A model generated the notes under the pieces. It did not search any database and was not told the origin of the DNA. It was given only the letters and a program-made list of their open reading frames with translations. 43,756 nt of DNA, from assembly GCA_040222015.1 (NCBI GenBank), contig JAVJWO010000055.1:1-43756 (forward strand), read 5' to 3'. Position numbers and translations under genes: made by a program. The stretch comes from Coleofasciculus chthonoplastes F2-STO-03 (GTDB lineage Bacteria; Cyanobacteriota; Cyanobacteriia; Cyanobacteriales; Coleofasciculaceae). Positions 19,625 to 30,063 of the stretch are shown here, in pieces (the stretch's first letter is position 1; each line of letters opens with the position of its first letter).

Positions 19625-20554
19625 TCATTCACCCGCGTGGTAGGAACTGCGAACCAACGGACCCGAACGGACATGAGTGAAACCCATGTCTTTCGCGATC
19701 GCACCCAGTCGCTCAAATTCCTCGGGTGTCCAATAGCGTTGTACTATCAGGTGTTCCAGGGAGGGACGCATATATTGCCCTAGGGTGAGGCGATCGCATT
19801 CAGCGCGGCGTAAATCCTCCATGGCTTCGATCACCTCCGCTTCCGTCTCTCCATGTCCCACCATCAATCCTGACTTGGTGGGAATTGTCGGATCAAGGGC
19901 TTTGACAATGCGGAGAACATCCAGCGATCGCTCATATTGGGCACCTCGGCGCACTTGTCCCTGTAGTCGTTTCACGGTTTCAATATTGTGGTTATAACAA
20001 GCTGGACGCGCCTGAACCACCGTTTTCACCCGTTGACGCTGCAACTCGGTTGGCGTTTGATTCTCCTTACCTCTCCCGCCCCAAAAATCTGCTGTTAGCA
20101 CCTCAATCTGAGTATCTGGATTCAGTCGCCGGATGGCATCCATTGTGGCAACAAACCAACCCGCACCCTGATCCGGTAAATCATCTCGCGCCACTGATGT
20201 CAGTACCACATACCGCAATCCCAATAACTGAACTGATTCGGCAATTTTCTGGGGTTCTTCGGGATCAAGGGGCATAGGAGAATGACCCTTATCAACTTGA
20301 CAAAACGCACAAGCACGGGTGCAGGTTGGACCCATCAGCAAAAAGGTCGCCGTTTTATGGGCATAACACTCCCCCCGATTAGGACAGCGCCCCTCTTCAC
20401 AGATCGTGTGAATTTGCCGTTGTTTCACAATGCGCTGCACCGTGGAGATCTCACTGGCGTTACCGATGGGGCGTCGTAACCAACTGGGTAGGGCAGCAAT
20501 TTCCTCTCGCCAACGGTTTTTAGCAGACAGATTGGGTTGAGTCGGCAAATCCAT
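19625..20554 (-). CDS. lipA: Lipoyl synthase
   Basis: [12 protein letters not shown] and CTRACAFC clusters, VRSSYHA. Confidence 0.97.
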   Translation of the reverse strand: MDLPTQPNLSAKNRWREEIAALPSWLRRPIGNASEISTVQRIVKQRQIHTICEEGRCPNRGECYAHKTATFLLMGPTCTRACAFCQVDKGHSPMPLDPEEPQKIAESVQLLGLRYVVLTSVARDDLPDQGAGWFVATMDAIRRLNPDTQIEVLTADFWGGRGKENQTPTELQRQRVKTVVQARPACYNHNIETVKRLQGQVRRGAQYERSLDVLRIVKALDPTIPTKSGLMVGHGETEAEVIEAMEDLRRAECDRLTLGQYMRPSLEHLIVQRYWTPEEFERLGAIAKDMGFTHVRSGPLVRSSYHAGE

Positions 20555-20855
20555 AATAATTGTGGTGAGCTATCAGCAACGGTGTTACTCTGTACGATAC
20601 AAATGGTAAAGCATTTTACTCGGACTCTGATTTGATCCGGGTTTTGCTCTCAACCAACCAAGCAGATTAATCTAGAATCATGGACATAAGTGCTTTTGGG
20701 TTCGATCTCCAAACAGCAGAAGAGTTACAGGTGTCAGTCAGTCATCCGTTGTTTTCCCGAAAACAGACTCTGTGAGGTCTGTCTGAGTGGAGTTATGGGG
20801 TCTGGTCTACCTGGGCTGAAGACGTTTTTCTTTTATCTCTCCAAAGGAGTCAGTC

Positions 20856-21410
20856 GTGGCAAGCCATAAAATATTAGTTATTGATGACAGTAGAGTCATC
20901 CGGATGCGTGTTAAAGAAATGTTGCCGCCCGGTAACTTTGAAGTGTTAGAAGCCAAAGATGGTATTGAAGGTCTTAATCAGATCCGTCAGGAGCATCCCA
21001 ACCTAATTATGTTAGATTTTCTGCTGCCTAAAATGAGTGGTTGGGATGTTTTTCAACACATTCAAAGTGACGGTACTCTCCAGAGCATTCCTTTAGTATT
21101 AATGTCAGGTCGTAAGGAAGAAGTAACGGAGAAGATACCGGAGCCGTTTGAGTATTTTGCCTTCGTCGAAAAGCCCTTTGAAAAGAAGCAACTGGTTGAT
21201 GCGATTAAGGAAGCGATGGCGAAGGCGAAAAAACGCCCCGTTATGGCTCCGCCACCCAAAGAAGAAGCCCCTGCGGGTGAAGATCCTGGTGTTTCATCAG
21301 ACGAAGTTCAAGCATTAAATGCAAAAATTGAACATTTACAGTCAGAAGTTGATGGGTTGAAAAAACAAATGGGACAACTCGTTTCATTTATTAAGCAAAA
21401 ACTCAAGTGA
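20856..21410 (+). CDS. CheY-like response regulator with C-terminal coiled coil
   Basis: ILVIDDS, IMLDFLLP, EKPF receiver motifs; SD AAGGAG before GTG. Confidence 0.92.
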   Translation: MASHKILVIDDSRVIRMRVKEMLPPGNFEVLEAKDGIEGLNQIRQEHPNLIMLDFLLPKMSGWDVFQHIQSDGTLQSIPLVLMSGRKEEVTEKIPEPFEYFAFVEKPFEKKQLVDAIKEAMAKAKKRPVMAPPPKEEAPAGEDPGVSSDEVQALNAKIEHLQSEVDGLKKQMGQLVSFIKQKLK

Positions 21411-21446
21411 CCTTCAGCATAACCGAGATTTGAACTCGGTGAGAAT

Positions 21447-22220
21447 ATGAAACGGCTCAATTCCTATTTAAACTCAGATCGCCTCCGGCAAGTTCTCACA
21501 TTGAGTGCGATCCTTGCCGCTTTTGGCATTAATGTCTGGGCAAATATCGCGCCGATTGGTGGACTAACAATCGGCGAAATCTCCAATACTCTCTTTGGGG
21601 AAATTAAGATTATCCCAGCCAGCTATGCTTTTGCTATATGGGGGATCATTTATCTGGGTTTGATTAGTCTGGGGATCTATCAGGTATTGCCTAACCAGCG
21701 GCAAAATACTTATCTGCGTCAGATGGGCTATGGTTTAGTGCTGGCGAGTGTTGCCCAGATTGTTTGGGTATTTCTGTTCCAGTATCGCCAGTTTGCGCTG
21801 TCGCTGGTGGCGATGCTGGGAATTTTACTGCCACTGATTCGAGTGTATTGGCGGTTGGGTATTGGTTCTGTCAGGGTGTCTCGGAAAGAGAAATGGTACA
21901 TTCACATTCCCGTGAGTATCTATTTGGCGTGGATTAGTGTAGCCACAATTCTGAATGTGGCAATTGTACTCTATGACCTTGGCTGGAATGGATGGGGGAT
22001 TAATCCCTCCGCGTGGACGACAATTGCCCTGATTGTCGGGGCGGCGATCACAGCAACGGTGATTATTCAGCGATCAGATATTGCTTTTCCTCTAGTGATT
22101 GCTTGGGCGTATAGTGCGATCGCGGTGCGTCATACGGATACTCTGCTGATTTCTGGAGTCGCTGGAGGATGTGCGATCGCGCTGGTGTTATTCGCTGGGT
22201 TGAAACATTACCGCAACTGA
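21447..22220 (+). CDS. TspO/tryptophan-rich sensory-like membrane protein
   Basis: PASYAFAIWGIIY, SIYLAWISVA; multiple TM helices. Confidence 0.8.
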   Translation: MKRLNSYLNSDRLRQVLTLSAILAAFGINVWANIAPIGGLTIGEISNTLFGEIKIIPASYAFAIWGIIYLGLISLGIYQVLPNQRQNTYLRQMGYGLVLASVAQIVWVFLFQYRQFALSLVAMLGILLPLIRVYWRLGIGSVRVSRKEKWYIHIPVSIYLAWISVATILNVAIVLYDLGWNGWGINPSAWTTIALIVGAAITATVIIQRSDIAFPLVIAWAYSAIAVRHTDTLLISGVAGGCAIALVLFAGLKHYRN

Positions 22221-22399
22221 CAGATTGGGGATTATTAATAGCTGTTTGATGTCAATTTGTCAAGTAAAAATAAACTTTTGTAAAAGGTAAATTTCCATAC
22301 AAAAAACTGCATAAGGGTCAACTCCTGAGAGACACAAGAGGGCAGAGAGGTCAACATCTGACATCTGCACACAATTTTCCCTACACAGGAGAGACTCTT

Positions 22400-25300
22400 A
22401 TGGCATCTCACGACGAATCCTTCTCCACCTCCACCGAATTAGCTCTGATGTTTGGTAATTTCTTTGGTGTAGCAGAAGCCGAGAATTTGTCGCTTGACAC
22501 AGATAGTTCGAGTACGGCAACTGAGAATTTTGATCAGACACCTCAAGCAAACATCGTTTCAAGTAGGCAGACAAGCTTAGAACTCACTGACAAAGGGACT
22601 CAACAGGCAGAATCAACGACAACGCCAAATCTGTTAGCAGCTCAAACTCAACCCTCTACAATCAACGTTAACTATAACGGTTTTTCCACCGAAGCTCAAA
22701 CAGCGTTTGAATACGCAGTTGATATCTGGGAAAACCTGATTGTTTCGCCAGTTCCGATTGAGATTGAAGCGAATTGGACTCCTTTAGAAACAAACGTTCT
22801 CGGTTCTGCTGGAGCAAATTACTATTACGACAACTTTGCCAACGCAGCCTACACCAATACCTGGTATCCCAGCGCCCTCGCCAATAGTCTGGCTGGCTCC
22901 GATTTAGATACCACTGCCCATGATATTAATGCTAACTTCAATAGCAATAAATCAAACTGGTATTTTGGCACTGATGGTAATACACCAACAGGAAAGACTG
23001 ATTTTGTTTCTGTTGTATTACATGAGTTAGGTCATGGCTTGGGGTTTAGTGGTAGCATGAGCTATGACTTCGGCACTGGACAAGGGAGTTGGTGGAGCCA
23101 ACCCAAGATTTACGATCATTTTACGGTGAATGGTTCCGGTCAAAAACTTATCGATACATTTCCGAATTCCTCTGTTGCTCTAGGCGCTCAACTCACCAAC
23201 GATAACCTGTTTTTCAATGGGAGTAATGCAGTTGCTGCCAATGGTGGCACAAATCCCAAGCTGTACGCTCCGAGTATATGGGACTCTGGTTCTAGCTATG
23301 CCCACTTGGATGAAGCGACTTATGGAAGTGGAAATTCTAATGCTTTGATGACACCTTCCATTGCTCCAGGAGAGGCGCACCATGATCCGGGTGCGGTAAC
23401 ATTAGGAATCTTTGAGGATTTAGGTTGGGTTATCAATTTAGCTGATTTGTGGGGGTGGGACTTTAATGTCACTCCACAAGCCCTCGATGCGGGTAATAGT
23501 TTCAACATTGATTTTGACATTACCAACACGGGTGGTAGCGCGGGTGCTTTTGATGTTTCCTTCTACCTTTCCAATAATAACTACATCAGCACGGTTGATC
23601 ATTTCTTAGGAAGTACCACGATTAATGGTTTGGCTGGGAACAGTACATACTCCTCTACCACTAGCTTAAACTTGCCCAGTGCTAATCATTCCTTCTGGAA
23701 TTTATATGGAGATGATACCTATTACATCGGTATGCAGGTTGATTCTGGAGCAGATGTCACCGAAACCAATGAAACCAACAATTCTAATGTCGGCTTTTTG
23801 TACGACTACGATGATGTGGTAATTAACAATACCCAATTAGCTGATTTGTGGGGGTGGGACTTTAATGTTAATCCAGAACCTCTAGATGCCGGTGATAGTT
23901 TTGACATTGATTTTGACATTACCAATACAGGTAGTAGCGCTGGTGCTTTTGATGTGTCTTTCTATCTCTCCAATAATAACTACATCAGTACCACGGATCA
24001 TCTGTTAGGCAGTACCACGATTAATGGGTTAGCCGGGAACAACACAGGCTCCTTTACCACCAGCTTAAACTTACCCAGTGTTAATCATTCCTTCTGGAAT
24101 TTATACGGTGATGATACCTATTACATCGGTATGCGGGTTGATTCGGGATCAGATGTTACCGAAACCAATGAAACCAACAATTCTAATGTCGGCTTTTTGT
24201 ACGACTACGATGATGTGGTAATTAACAATACCCAATTAGCTGATTTGTGGGGTTGGGACTTTAATGTTAATCCAGAACCTCTAGATGCAGGTGATATTTT
24301 TGACATTGATTTTAACATTAGCAATACAGGAAGTAGCGCTGGTGCTTTTGATGTGTCTTTCTACCTCTCCAGTAATAACACAATTAGCACTGTAGATCAT
24401 TTGTTAGGCAGTACCACGCTTAATGGTTTAGCGGGAAACAGCACGGGTTCTTTTACCACTAGCTTAAACTTGCCGGGAGTTAATGATTCCTTCTGGAATG
24501 GGGATGGCACATACTACATCGGAATGCGGGTTGATTCGGGAGCCGATGTTACCGAAACTAATGAAACCAATAACTCAAATGTTGGCTTTTTGTTCGATTA
24601 CGATGATGTTGTCATCAATAATACCCAAATGGCTGACTTGTCCGGGTTGTATTTTGATGTCACTCAAGAACCCCTTGATGCAGGTGATAGTTTTGACATT
24701 GATTTTGACATTAGCAATACAGGAAGTAACGCTGGTGCTTTTGATGTGTCTTTCTATCTCTCCAGTAATAACACAATTAGCACTGTAGATCATTTGTTAG
24801 GTAGTACCACGCTTAATGGTTTAGCGGGGAACAACATAGGCTCCTTTACCACTAGCTTAAACTTGCCAGGTGTTAATCATTCCGTCTGGGATTTATATGG
24901 AGATGATACCTATTACATCGGAATGCGGGTTGATTCAGGGGCAGATATTACAGAAGTCAATGAAACCAATAACTCAAATGTTGGCTTTTTGTTCGATTAC
25001 GATGATGTTGTCATCAATAATACCCAAATGGCTGACTTATCCGGGTCAGATTTTAATGTCACTCCACAACCCCTAGATGCAGGTGATAGTTTTGACATTG
25101 ATTTTGACATTACCAATACAGGAAGTAGCGCTGGTGCTTTTGATGTGTCTTTCTATCTCTCCAGTAATAACACAATTAGCACTGTAGATCATTTGTTAGG
25201 TAGTACCACGATTAATGGTTTAGCGGGGAACAACACAGGCTCCTTTACCACTAGCTTAAACTTGCCCGGTGTTAATCATTCCGTCTGGGATTTATATGGA

Positions 25301-26827
25301 GATGATACCTATTACATCGGTATGAAAGTTGATTCAGGGGCAGATATTACAGAAGTCAATGAAACCAATAACTCAAATGTTGGCTTTTTGTTCGATTATG
25401 ATGATGTTGTCATCAATAATACCCAAATGGCAAACTTGTCTGGACTGAATTTCAATGTCACTCCAGAACTGCTCAATGCTGGTGATAGTTTCGACATTGA
25501 CTTGGCGATTGAAAATAGTGGTGCAGCAGCGGCTGGTGCATTTGATGTCTCCTTATATTTGTCCAGTGATAGCAATATTAGCAACTCAGATTTACTACTG
25601 AATACAATCAGTTTCACTGGTTTAGCCGCCAATAGCAGTGGCACATTTACTAGCAACTTTATTCTCCCTGAAGCTAATGATGCGTTCTGGATTGGAGATG
25701 GCAGCTACCATATCGGCATGATGATTGATTCCGGTGATGATATCACGGAAACAATTGAAACGGATAATGCCAATGTTGGCTTGATGTTGGATACGGATAA
25801 TGTGGTCATCAATAATACCCAACTGGCGGATTTAGTTGGCGTAGACTTCAACTTAGTGCAGGAACCCTTAGCCGCTGGTGATCACTTCGATGTCAATTTT
25901 GAAGTGCAAAACACGGAAATGTTTGCCGCCGGAGCGTTTGATGTTTCTTTCTACGTTTCTACCGATAATACTATCGATACGGCGGATCAATTCCTCGGTA
26001 GTGCGACAATTAATGGTTTAGAGGGTAACAGCATTGGTGCTTATACCACCGGGTTAACCTTGCCAGGAATTAACGATTCTACCTGGAATGGTGATGGAAT
26101 TTACTACATTGGCATGATCATTGATCAAGACGGAACACTTCCTGAAACCGATGAAACCAATAATTCTAATAATGGTTTATTTGTGGATTATGACAATGTG
26201 CTAATTTCCGATACTGAACTCATTGGTACCGATGACGATGATACCTTGTTTGGCACTCCCGGTGATGACATTCTCTCTGGCTTGCGCGATGATGATGATT
26301 TAGTCGGCGGTGGCGGCGATGATACCTTGTTTGGCGATCGCGGTGATGATAACCTATTTGGTGAAGCCGGAAATGATATGCTATTTGGCGATCGCGGCGA
26401 TGACTATCTCTTCGGCGGTACAGGGAATGATATGCTATTTGGCGATCGCGGCGATGATCTGTTAATCGGTGTTGAACTCAATCTGGCAAATCCTGGTTTA
26501 GGAGAAGTGGATAGTCTTATCGGTGGCTTTGGTGCAGATGTGTTCCAACTTGGAGATGTATTCAGCGCTTATTACGATGATGCTAACGGGACAACCGATG
26601 GTTCTACCGATTACGCCCTGATTACTGATTTTGATATCAATCAAGATATCATCGAACTTCATGGCAGTGTGGCTGACTATCAACTCGCCACTGTTTCCCC
26701 CAGTTTACCATCAGGAATTGGCGTTTTCCTCCAGTCTTCTACACCATCAGGTCAAGATGAATTGATTGGTATTGTACAAGGTGAAAGCAGTCTGAGTTTG
26801 AATGATAGTTACTTTAGTTTTGTGTAA
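22400..26827 (+). CDS. Large secreted zinc metalloprotease with 7 CARDB-like repeats and RTX Ca-binding tail
   Basis: HELGHGLGF zinc motif, ALMTP Met-turn-like motif, repeats ending ETNETNN, GGGGDDTLFG nonapeptides; SD AGGAG. Confidence 0.9.
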   Translation: MASHDESFSTSTELALMFGNFFGVAEAENLSLDTDSSSTATENFDQTPQANIVSSRQTSLELTDKGTQQAESTTTPNLLAAQTQPSTINVNYNGFSTEAQTAFEYAVDIWENLIVSPVPIEIEANWTPLETNVLGSAGANYYYDNFANAAYTNTWYPSALANSLAGSDLDTTAHDINANFNSNKSNWYFGTDGNTPTGKTDFVSVVLHELGHGLGFSGSMSYDFGTGQGSWWSQPKIYDHFTVNGSGQKLIDTFPNSSVALGAQLTNDNLFFNGSNAVAANGGTNPKLYAPSIWDSGSSYAHLDEATYGSGNSNALMTPSIAPGEAHHDPGAVTLGIFEDLGWVINLADLWGWDFNVTPQALDAGNSFNIDFDITNTGGSAGAFDVSFYLSNNNYISTVDHFLGSTTINGLAGNSTYSSTTSLNLPSANHSFWNLYGDDTYYIGMQVDSGADVTETNETNNSNVGFLYDYDDVVINNTQLADLWGWDFNVNPEPLDAGDSFDIDFDITNTGSSAGAFDVSFYLSNNNYISTTDHLLGSTTINGLAGNNTGSFTTSLNLPSVNHSFWNLYGDDTYYIGMRVDSGSDVTETNETNNSNVGFLYDYDDVVINNTQLADLWGWDFNVNPEPLDAGDIFDIDFNISNTGSSAGAFDVSFYLSSNNTISTVDHLLGSTTLNGLAGNSTGSFTTSLNLPGVNDSFWNGDGTYYIGMRVDSGADVTETNETNNSNVGFLFDYDDVVINNTQMADLSGLYFDVTQEPLDAGDSFDIDFDISNTGSNAGAFDVSFYLSSNNTISTVDHLLGSTTLNGLAGNNIGSFTTSLNLPGVNHSVWDLYGDDTYYIGMRVDSGADITEVNETNNSNVGFLFDYDDVVINNTQMADLSGSDFNVTPQPLDAGDSFDIDFDITNTGSSAGAFDVSFYLSSNNTISTVDHLLGSTTINGLAGNNTGSFTTSLNLPGVNHSVWDLYGDDTYYIGMKVDSGADITEVNETNNSNVGFLFDYDDVVINNTQMANLSGLNFNVTPELLNAGDSFDIDLAIENSGAAAAGAFDVSLYLSSDSNISNSDLLLNTISFTGLAANSSGTFTSNFILPEANDAFWIGDGSYHIGMMIDSGDDITETIETDNANVGLMLDTDNVVINNTQLADLVGVDFNLVQEPLAAGDHFDVNFEVQNTEMFAAGAFDVSFYVSTDNTIDTADQFLGSATINGLEGNSIGAYTTGLTLPGINDSTWNGDGIYYIGMIIDQDGTLPETDETNNSNNGLFVDYDNVLISDTELIGTDDDDTLFGTPGDDILSGLRDDDDLVGGGGDDTLFGDRGDDNLFGEAGNDMLFGDRGDDYLFGGTGNDMLFGDRGDDLLIGVELNLANPGLGEVDSLIGGFGADVFQLGDVFSAYYDDANGTTDGSTDYALITDFDINQDIIELHGSVADYQLATVSPSLPSGIGVFLQSSTPSGQDELIGIVQGESSLSLNDSYFSFV
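23438..26215 (+). repeat. Seven intragenic ~399-bp tandem repeats
   Basis: Unit starts at 23438, 23837, 24236, 24629, 25028, 25427 and 25823. Confidence 0.92.
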
Positions 26828-26954
26828 CGACGATTACGCTAAAAGCAATTGATTTCAGACTAGATAACACTTACTTTTCACGGGATCTGGAAAACCTCTC
26901 TCCAAACCTCTCTCCTGCAAGGAGAGAGGCTTTGAATTCTCCCCCGTGCAACTG

Positions 26955-27061
26955 TATAGCAGTAGACACATCGATTAGGACTTTCGGCACCATTGTAGAG
27001 ACGCGCCATGCAACGTCTGGAACATAAATGATGTGTCCTAACAGCTATGGCGGTTGCTATA
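26955..27061. mobile_element. Short MITE-like element with nested REP-like hairpin
   Basis: Termini tatagca...tgctata, inner ttaggac/gtcctaa inverted repeat, central gtagagacgcgccatgcaacgtct. Confidence 0.65.
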
Positions 27062-27127
27062 AAAAGCCGAAACGCCCTATTTTTCGTTTTCGCCGTCTAT
27101 TTATTCTAGATTGAACGGGGTGTTCTA

Positions 27128-28015
27128 TCAAATTTCAGCCGCTGCTCGTTCAATTAAACGACGGGCGACGGTTTGAGTGCCAGTATGTTCGTAATAATTC
27201 GTTGACGTGTCTAAAAACGCAGCCAAATAGTCCAACTTATCATCTGCAATTTCCACAAATCCTTGCAGATTATTAACCACTTTTTGGGGTGTCAATCCTT
27301 TCGCCGCAACCACACCCCCCATCCAACCTTTCACCGCATCAAAGCTTTCCCCAATAAAGTTCAGCTTTCCTTCAGAACTATTTCCCGGAATTAAACTGCT
27401 GATTTGTTGAAAGCTGGAATTTTGCTCTAAGCGCGAGGGACTTAATCCAGAAAGCGTTGATTGTGCCACTTGAATGAAATCAGGACCCAGGGGAATCAAA
27501 CCATCAATACAGATAAGTCCCGCCATTCGGATCATCGACTCACCGCTATAGTCAGCTAAAGCATTGACAAAATCCCCGATACTGTCTCCAGGAATGCCAT
27601 TAATTTGACAAAACGCCACCAATTCTGCCACAACTTTTAAACACAAATCGATAGTTTGTGCCGTATCAGCTTTGGGCGTAAGCCGATTTAAAAAGCCCAG
27701 AAACGAAACTCGTTCACCGATTTTATTGGCTAAAGCTGCCGCACCGAGAGCAAAATCCGCACTATCAACAGATTGGAACAGCCAAATTGCCCGTTGATAG
27801 CCTTGAGACTTGTCGTTATAGAGCCAAAGAGCGCGTTCACTAATATCCTGAATTAATGCTGGATCATCTTCCCCTGTAACCTCGCGCACGGTATTTTCAA
27901 AGCCAACCACATTTTGCCAATCACCGGGAGCCACAAAGTCTAAGGCTTTCAAGACGGAAACGGTTAGTCCACCTTCAGGTAAATTATCAACTAATTCAAT
28001 AATAGATTTACTCAT
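27128..28015 (-). CDS. Conserved cyanobacterial hypothetical protein
   Basis: 295-aa ORF with SD AGGAG; no function recognised. Confidence 0.85.
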   Translation of the reverse strand: MSKSIIELVDNLPEGGLTVSVLKALDFVAPGDWQNVVGFENTVREVTGEDDPALIQDISERALWLYNDKSQGYQRAIWLFQSVDSADFALGAAALANKIGERVSFLGFLNRLTPKADTAQTIDLCLKVVAELVAFCQINGIPGDSIGDFVNALADYSGESMIRMAGLICIDGLIPLGPDFIQVAQSTLSGLSPSRLEQNSSFQQISSLIPGNSSEGKLNFIGESFDAVKGWMGGVVAAKGLTPQKVVNNLQGFVEIADDKLDYLAAFLDTSTNYYEHTGTQTVARRLIERAAAEI

Positions 28016-28185
28016 GTAAACTCTCCTATAAATCGTTTAAATGATGTCTTTAATTTTGTCCAAATGACCAATGACCATTGATAGAGAACTAACCTCTCTG
28101 TGTAATCAGTGTAACTAAACTTTCATCTCCTACCCGCATCTGGACAATAAATCTGTGAAATCAGTGTTGTGACGAATGACCAATT

Positions 28186-28683
28186 TTATTTGAGCTGGGA
28201 TAATCCTTGCAGGTTAAATTTCTCTAACCAAGCTTCGCGATCGCTAGGGGTAAAAGAGTCGTCACGGGATTGGACTTTGACTTGGAAGCGATCGCGAACT
28301 AGAATCGCGGTTTGTGTCTTCCCCCGTTCGACAGCAGGATACCCGGCAATTGTTTTAGAACTATCCTGGAATTTCTTAGCCGCACTTGGGTTATTGGCTA
28401 AATCATTAATCGACAGCACCGCCACATCCTTGCCATCCTGTTTCAGCTTAGCTTCGGCAAATCCAGTTTTCTCTTGGGCAAACACTCGCTGATAATCACC
28501 GCTAGCGTCGGGGAAGAATTGATTAAATTGCCCCCCAGCCAAAGATTCGCCTGTGGGAGCCTGAGTGCTAGTTTGAGGCGCTTCGGTAGAGGGTGGGGGA
28601 GCGGTGGATGGTGCGGCACAAGCCGTTACCAGTAAAAATAGGGAGAGTGATAAAGCGGTGAGTATTTTACCGATTCTTAACAT
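28186..28683 (-). CDS. Hypothetical lipoprotein
   Basis: Signal peptide with lipobox LVTAC, P/S/T linker. Confidence 0.85.
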   Translation of the reverse strand: MLRIGKILTALSLSLFLLVTACAAPSTAPPPSTEAPQTSTQAPTGESLAGGQFNQFFPDASGDYQRVFAQEKTGFAEAKLKQDGKDVAVLSINDLANNPSAAKKFQDSSKTIAGYPAVERGKTQTAILVRDRFQVKVQSRDDSFTPSDREAWLEKFNLQGLSQLK

Positions 28684-28714
28684 TAGGGTATCTTTCTAAT
28701 CGTGTTTGCCGAGA

Positions 28715-29074
28715 TTACCTCATTTTGCCATAGCGATCGCGCAAATACGTTTGCCGTTGTTGCCAGATGGCTTCGAGTCGAGAAAAGGCTTCTTTTGTGT
28801 ATCGTTGAGATTCTTGCTGGATGAGTAACCAAAGGGTATTGAGGGTTTCCAGGTTTGGGCAGAAACGGATTAGGGTACGACAAGCGGCAATCCACTGTTC
28901 TAGCTTGCGGTAACTAATAAAGTAACCGCCCAATCCTTCGATATGTACCCAGAGGACGTTATACCACTTTTCCCAGTTGAGGATACGCTTTGAGTTAATG
29001 TTCAGGTGTTTGGCGATTTGTCGGAGAGTGATGACAAAGGTTTGGGGGTTGATGCGGTGGCGTAGCGGTTGCAT
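28715..29074 (-). CDS. Hypothetical protein (basic, Trp-rich)
   Basis: 119-aa ORF, co-oriented with 29153-29401. Confidence 0.75.
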   Translation of the reverse strand: MQPLRHRINPQTFVITLRQIAKHLNINSKRILNWEKWYNVLWVHIEGLGGYFISYRKLEQWIAACRTLIRFCPNLETLNTLWLLIQQESQRYTKEAFSRLEAIWQQRQTYLRDRYGKMR

Positions 29075-29106
29075 AACGATTCGTGATTAGAGATGAGTGT
29101 CTGGTT

Positions 29107-29131
29107 CCCCCTTCTTAGCGACAGAAGGGGG
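29107..29131. terminator. GC-rich hairpin between the two small minus-strand genes (terminator or processing site)
   Basis: cccccttct-N7-agaaggggg perfect 9-bp stem; no clear U tract. Confidence 0.4.
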
Positions 29132-29152
29132 TTAGGTTATTTTTGCTGCCAA

Positions 29153-29401
29153 TTAGTCAACCTGAATACGGCGGATCAGGATACTCATAACCTCACCAGG
29201 ATTTTGAGTCGGCTGAGGTTTGCTCCATTCACTCACTTGGGCGTAGCCAAGGCGGTAAAAGGTGTGAATGGTGTTACTGACGCCTTGGGGCGTGCTGATG
29301 ACTAAGACTTTTAGGGGGACTCGACTAGGTTCTGATGGTGGATTGGCAGGGAGAGGGGTTTGCGGGTTGGGGGTTGGGTTGGGGATAAACTCTTGTGTCA
29401 T
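29153..29401 (-). CDS. Small cyanobacterial hypothetical protein divergent from XRE regulators
   Basis: GVSNTIHTFYRLGYAQVSEWSKPQP...GEVMSIL, a recurrent cyanobacterial family of unknown function. Confidence 0.8.
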   Translation of the reverse strand: MTQEFIPNPTPNPQTPLPANPPSEPSRVPLKVLVISTPQGVSNTIHTFYRLGYAQVSEWSKPQPTQNPGEVMSILIRRIQVD

Positions 29402-29427
29402 AAGGGTTTAACTGCTTTTTGTGTTTT

Positions 29428-29478
29428 GTTCCATATAAGGAACTTCTTCATCATACCTTAGTTTTCCATATATGGAAC
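29428..29478. promoter_or_regulatory. Pair of palindromic operator-like sites in a divergent promoter
   Basis: gttccatataaggaac (29428-29443) and tttccatatatggaac (29463-29478; 14-bp perfect core), 35 bp apart. Confidence 0.7.
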
Positions 29479-29515
29479 ATTTACTCAGTTATGAGCCTCT
29501 GACACAATCTGAGGA

Positions 29516-30007
29516 ATGGGAAAAGCAGGCAAAGCACTCAAACAGGTTTTGGAACGTTACGGCATTACTCAAAATCGATTAGCCGTGGTAATGCAAGTGG
29601 GGCGTTCTAATGTTCACCGCTGGGTTTATGAGGTGGCAGATCCCGTCGGCGATGCCATCCTAGAAATCAGGAAGGGACTGAATACGATTAATCCGGCAGC
29701 AGCCGAGGAGTTTATTGGCTTGTATTTGGATGAGTCATTTGCCTCTGGCACTATAGAAACCATGCGAAAGGCAGGAAAAGCGCTAAGACAGGTGTTGGAA
29801 GCCTACGGCATTAGCCAAAATAAGTTGGCGGTGGCAATGGGTATTGGGCGATCAACAATTCACCACTGGGTCAATGAGAGTCGAGATCCAGGAGGTGATG
29901 CCATTCTCGAAATTAGGAAAGGGCTGAATAAGCTTAATCCGGCGGCAGCCGAGGAGTTTATTCGGTTGTATCTGGATGAGTTAGATGAGGGTGAGGAATC
30001 GTTGTAG
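29516..30007 (+). CDS. Tandem double XRE-family HTH regulator (two fused 82-codon modules; second ATG at 29762)
   Basis: Two copies of GKALxQVLxxYGIxQNxLAVxMxxGRSxxxxWV...AAAEEFI. Confidence 0.9.
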   Translation: MGKAGKALKQVLERYGITQNRLAVVMQVGRSNVHRWVYEVADPVGDAILEIRKGLNTINPAAAEEFIGLYLDESFASGTIETMRKAGKALRQVLEAYGISQNKLAVAMGIGRSTIHHWVNESRDPGGDAILEIRKGLNKLNPAAAEEFIRLYLDELDEGEESL

Positions 30008-30063
30008 GGAACGGGCTTTGTCAACCATTTACCCGGTTGTCAGCCTTTGACACAATCTCAGGC

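Noticed and set aside
22287..22300. NtcA box GTA-N8-TAC upstream of the large protease
   Set aside because: Six-base match expected by chance several times per window; no -10 element at the canonical spacing
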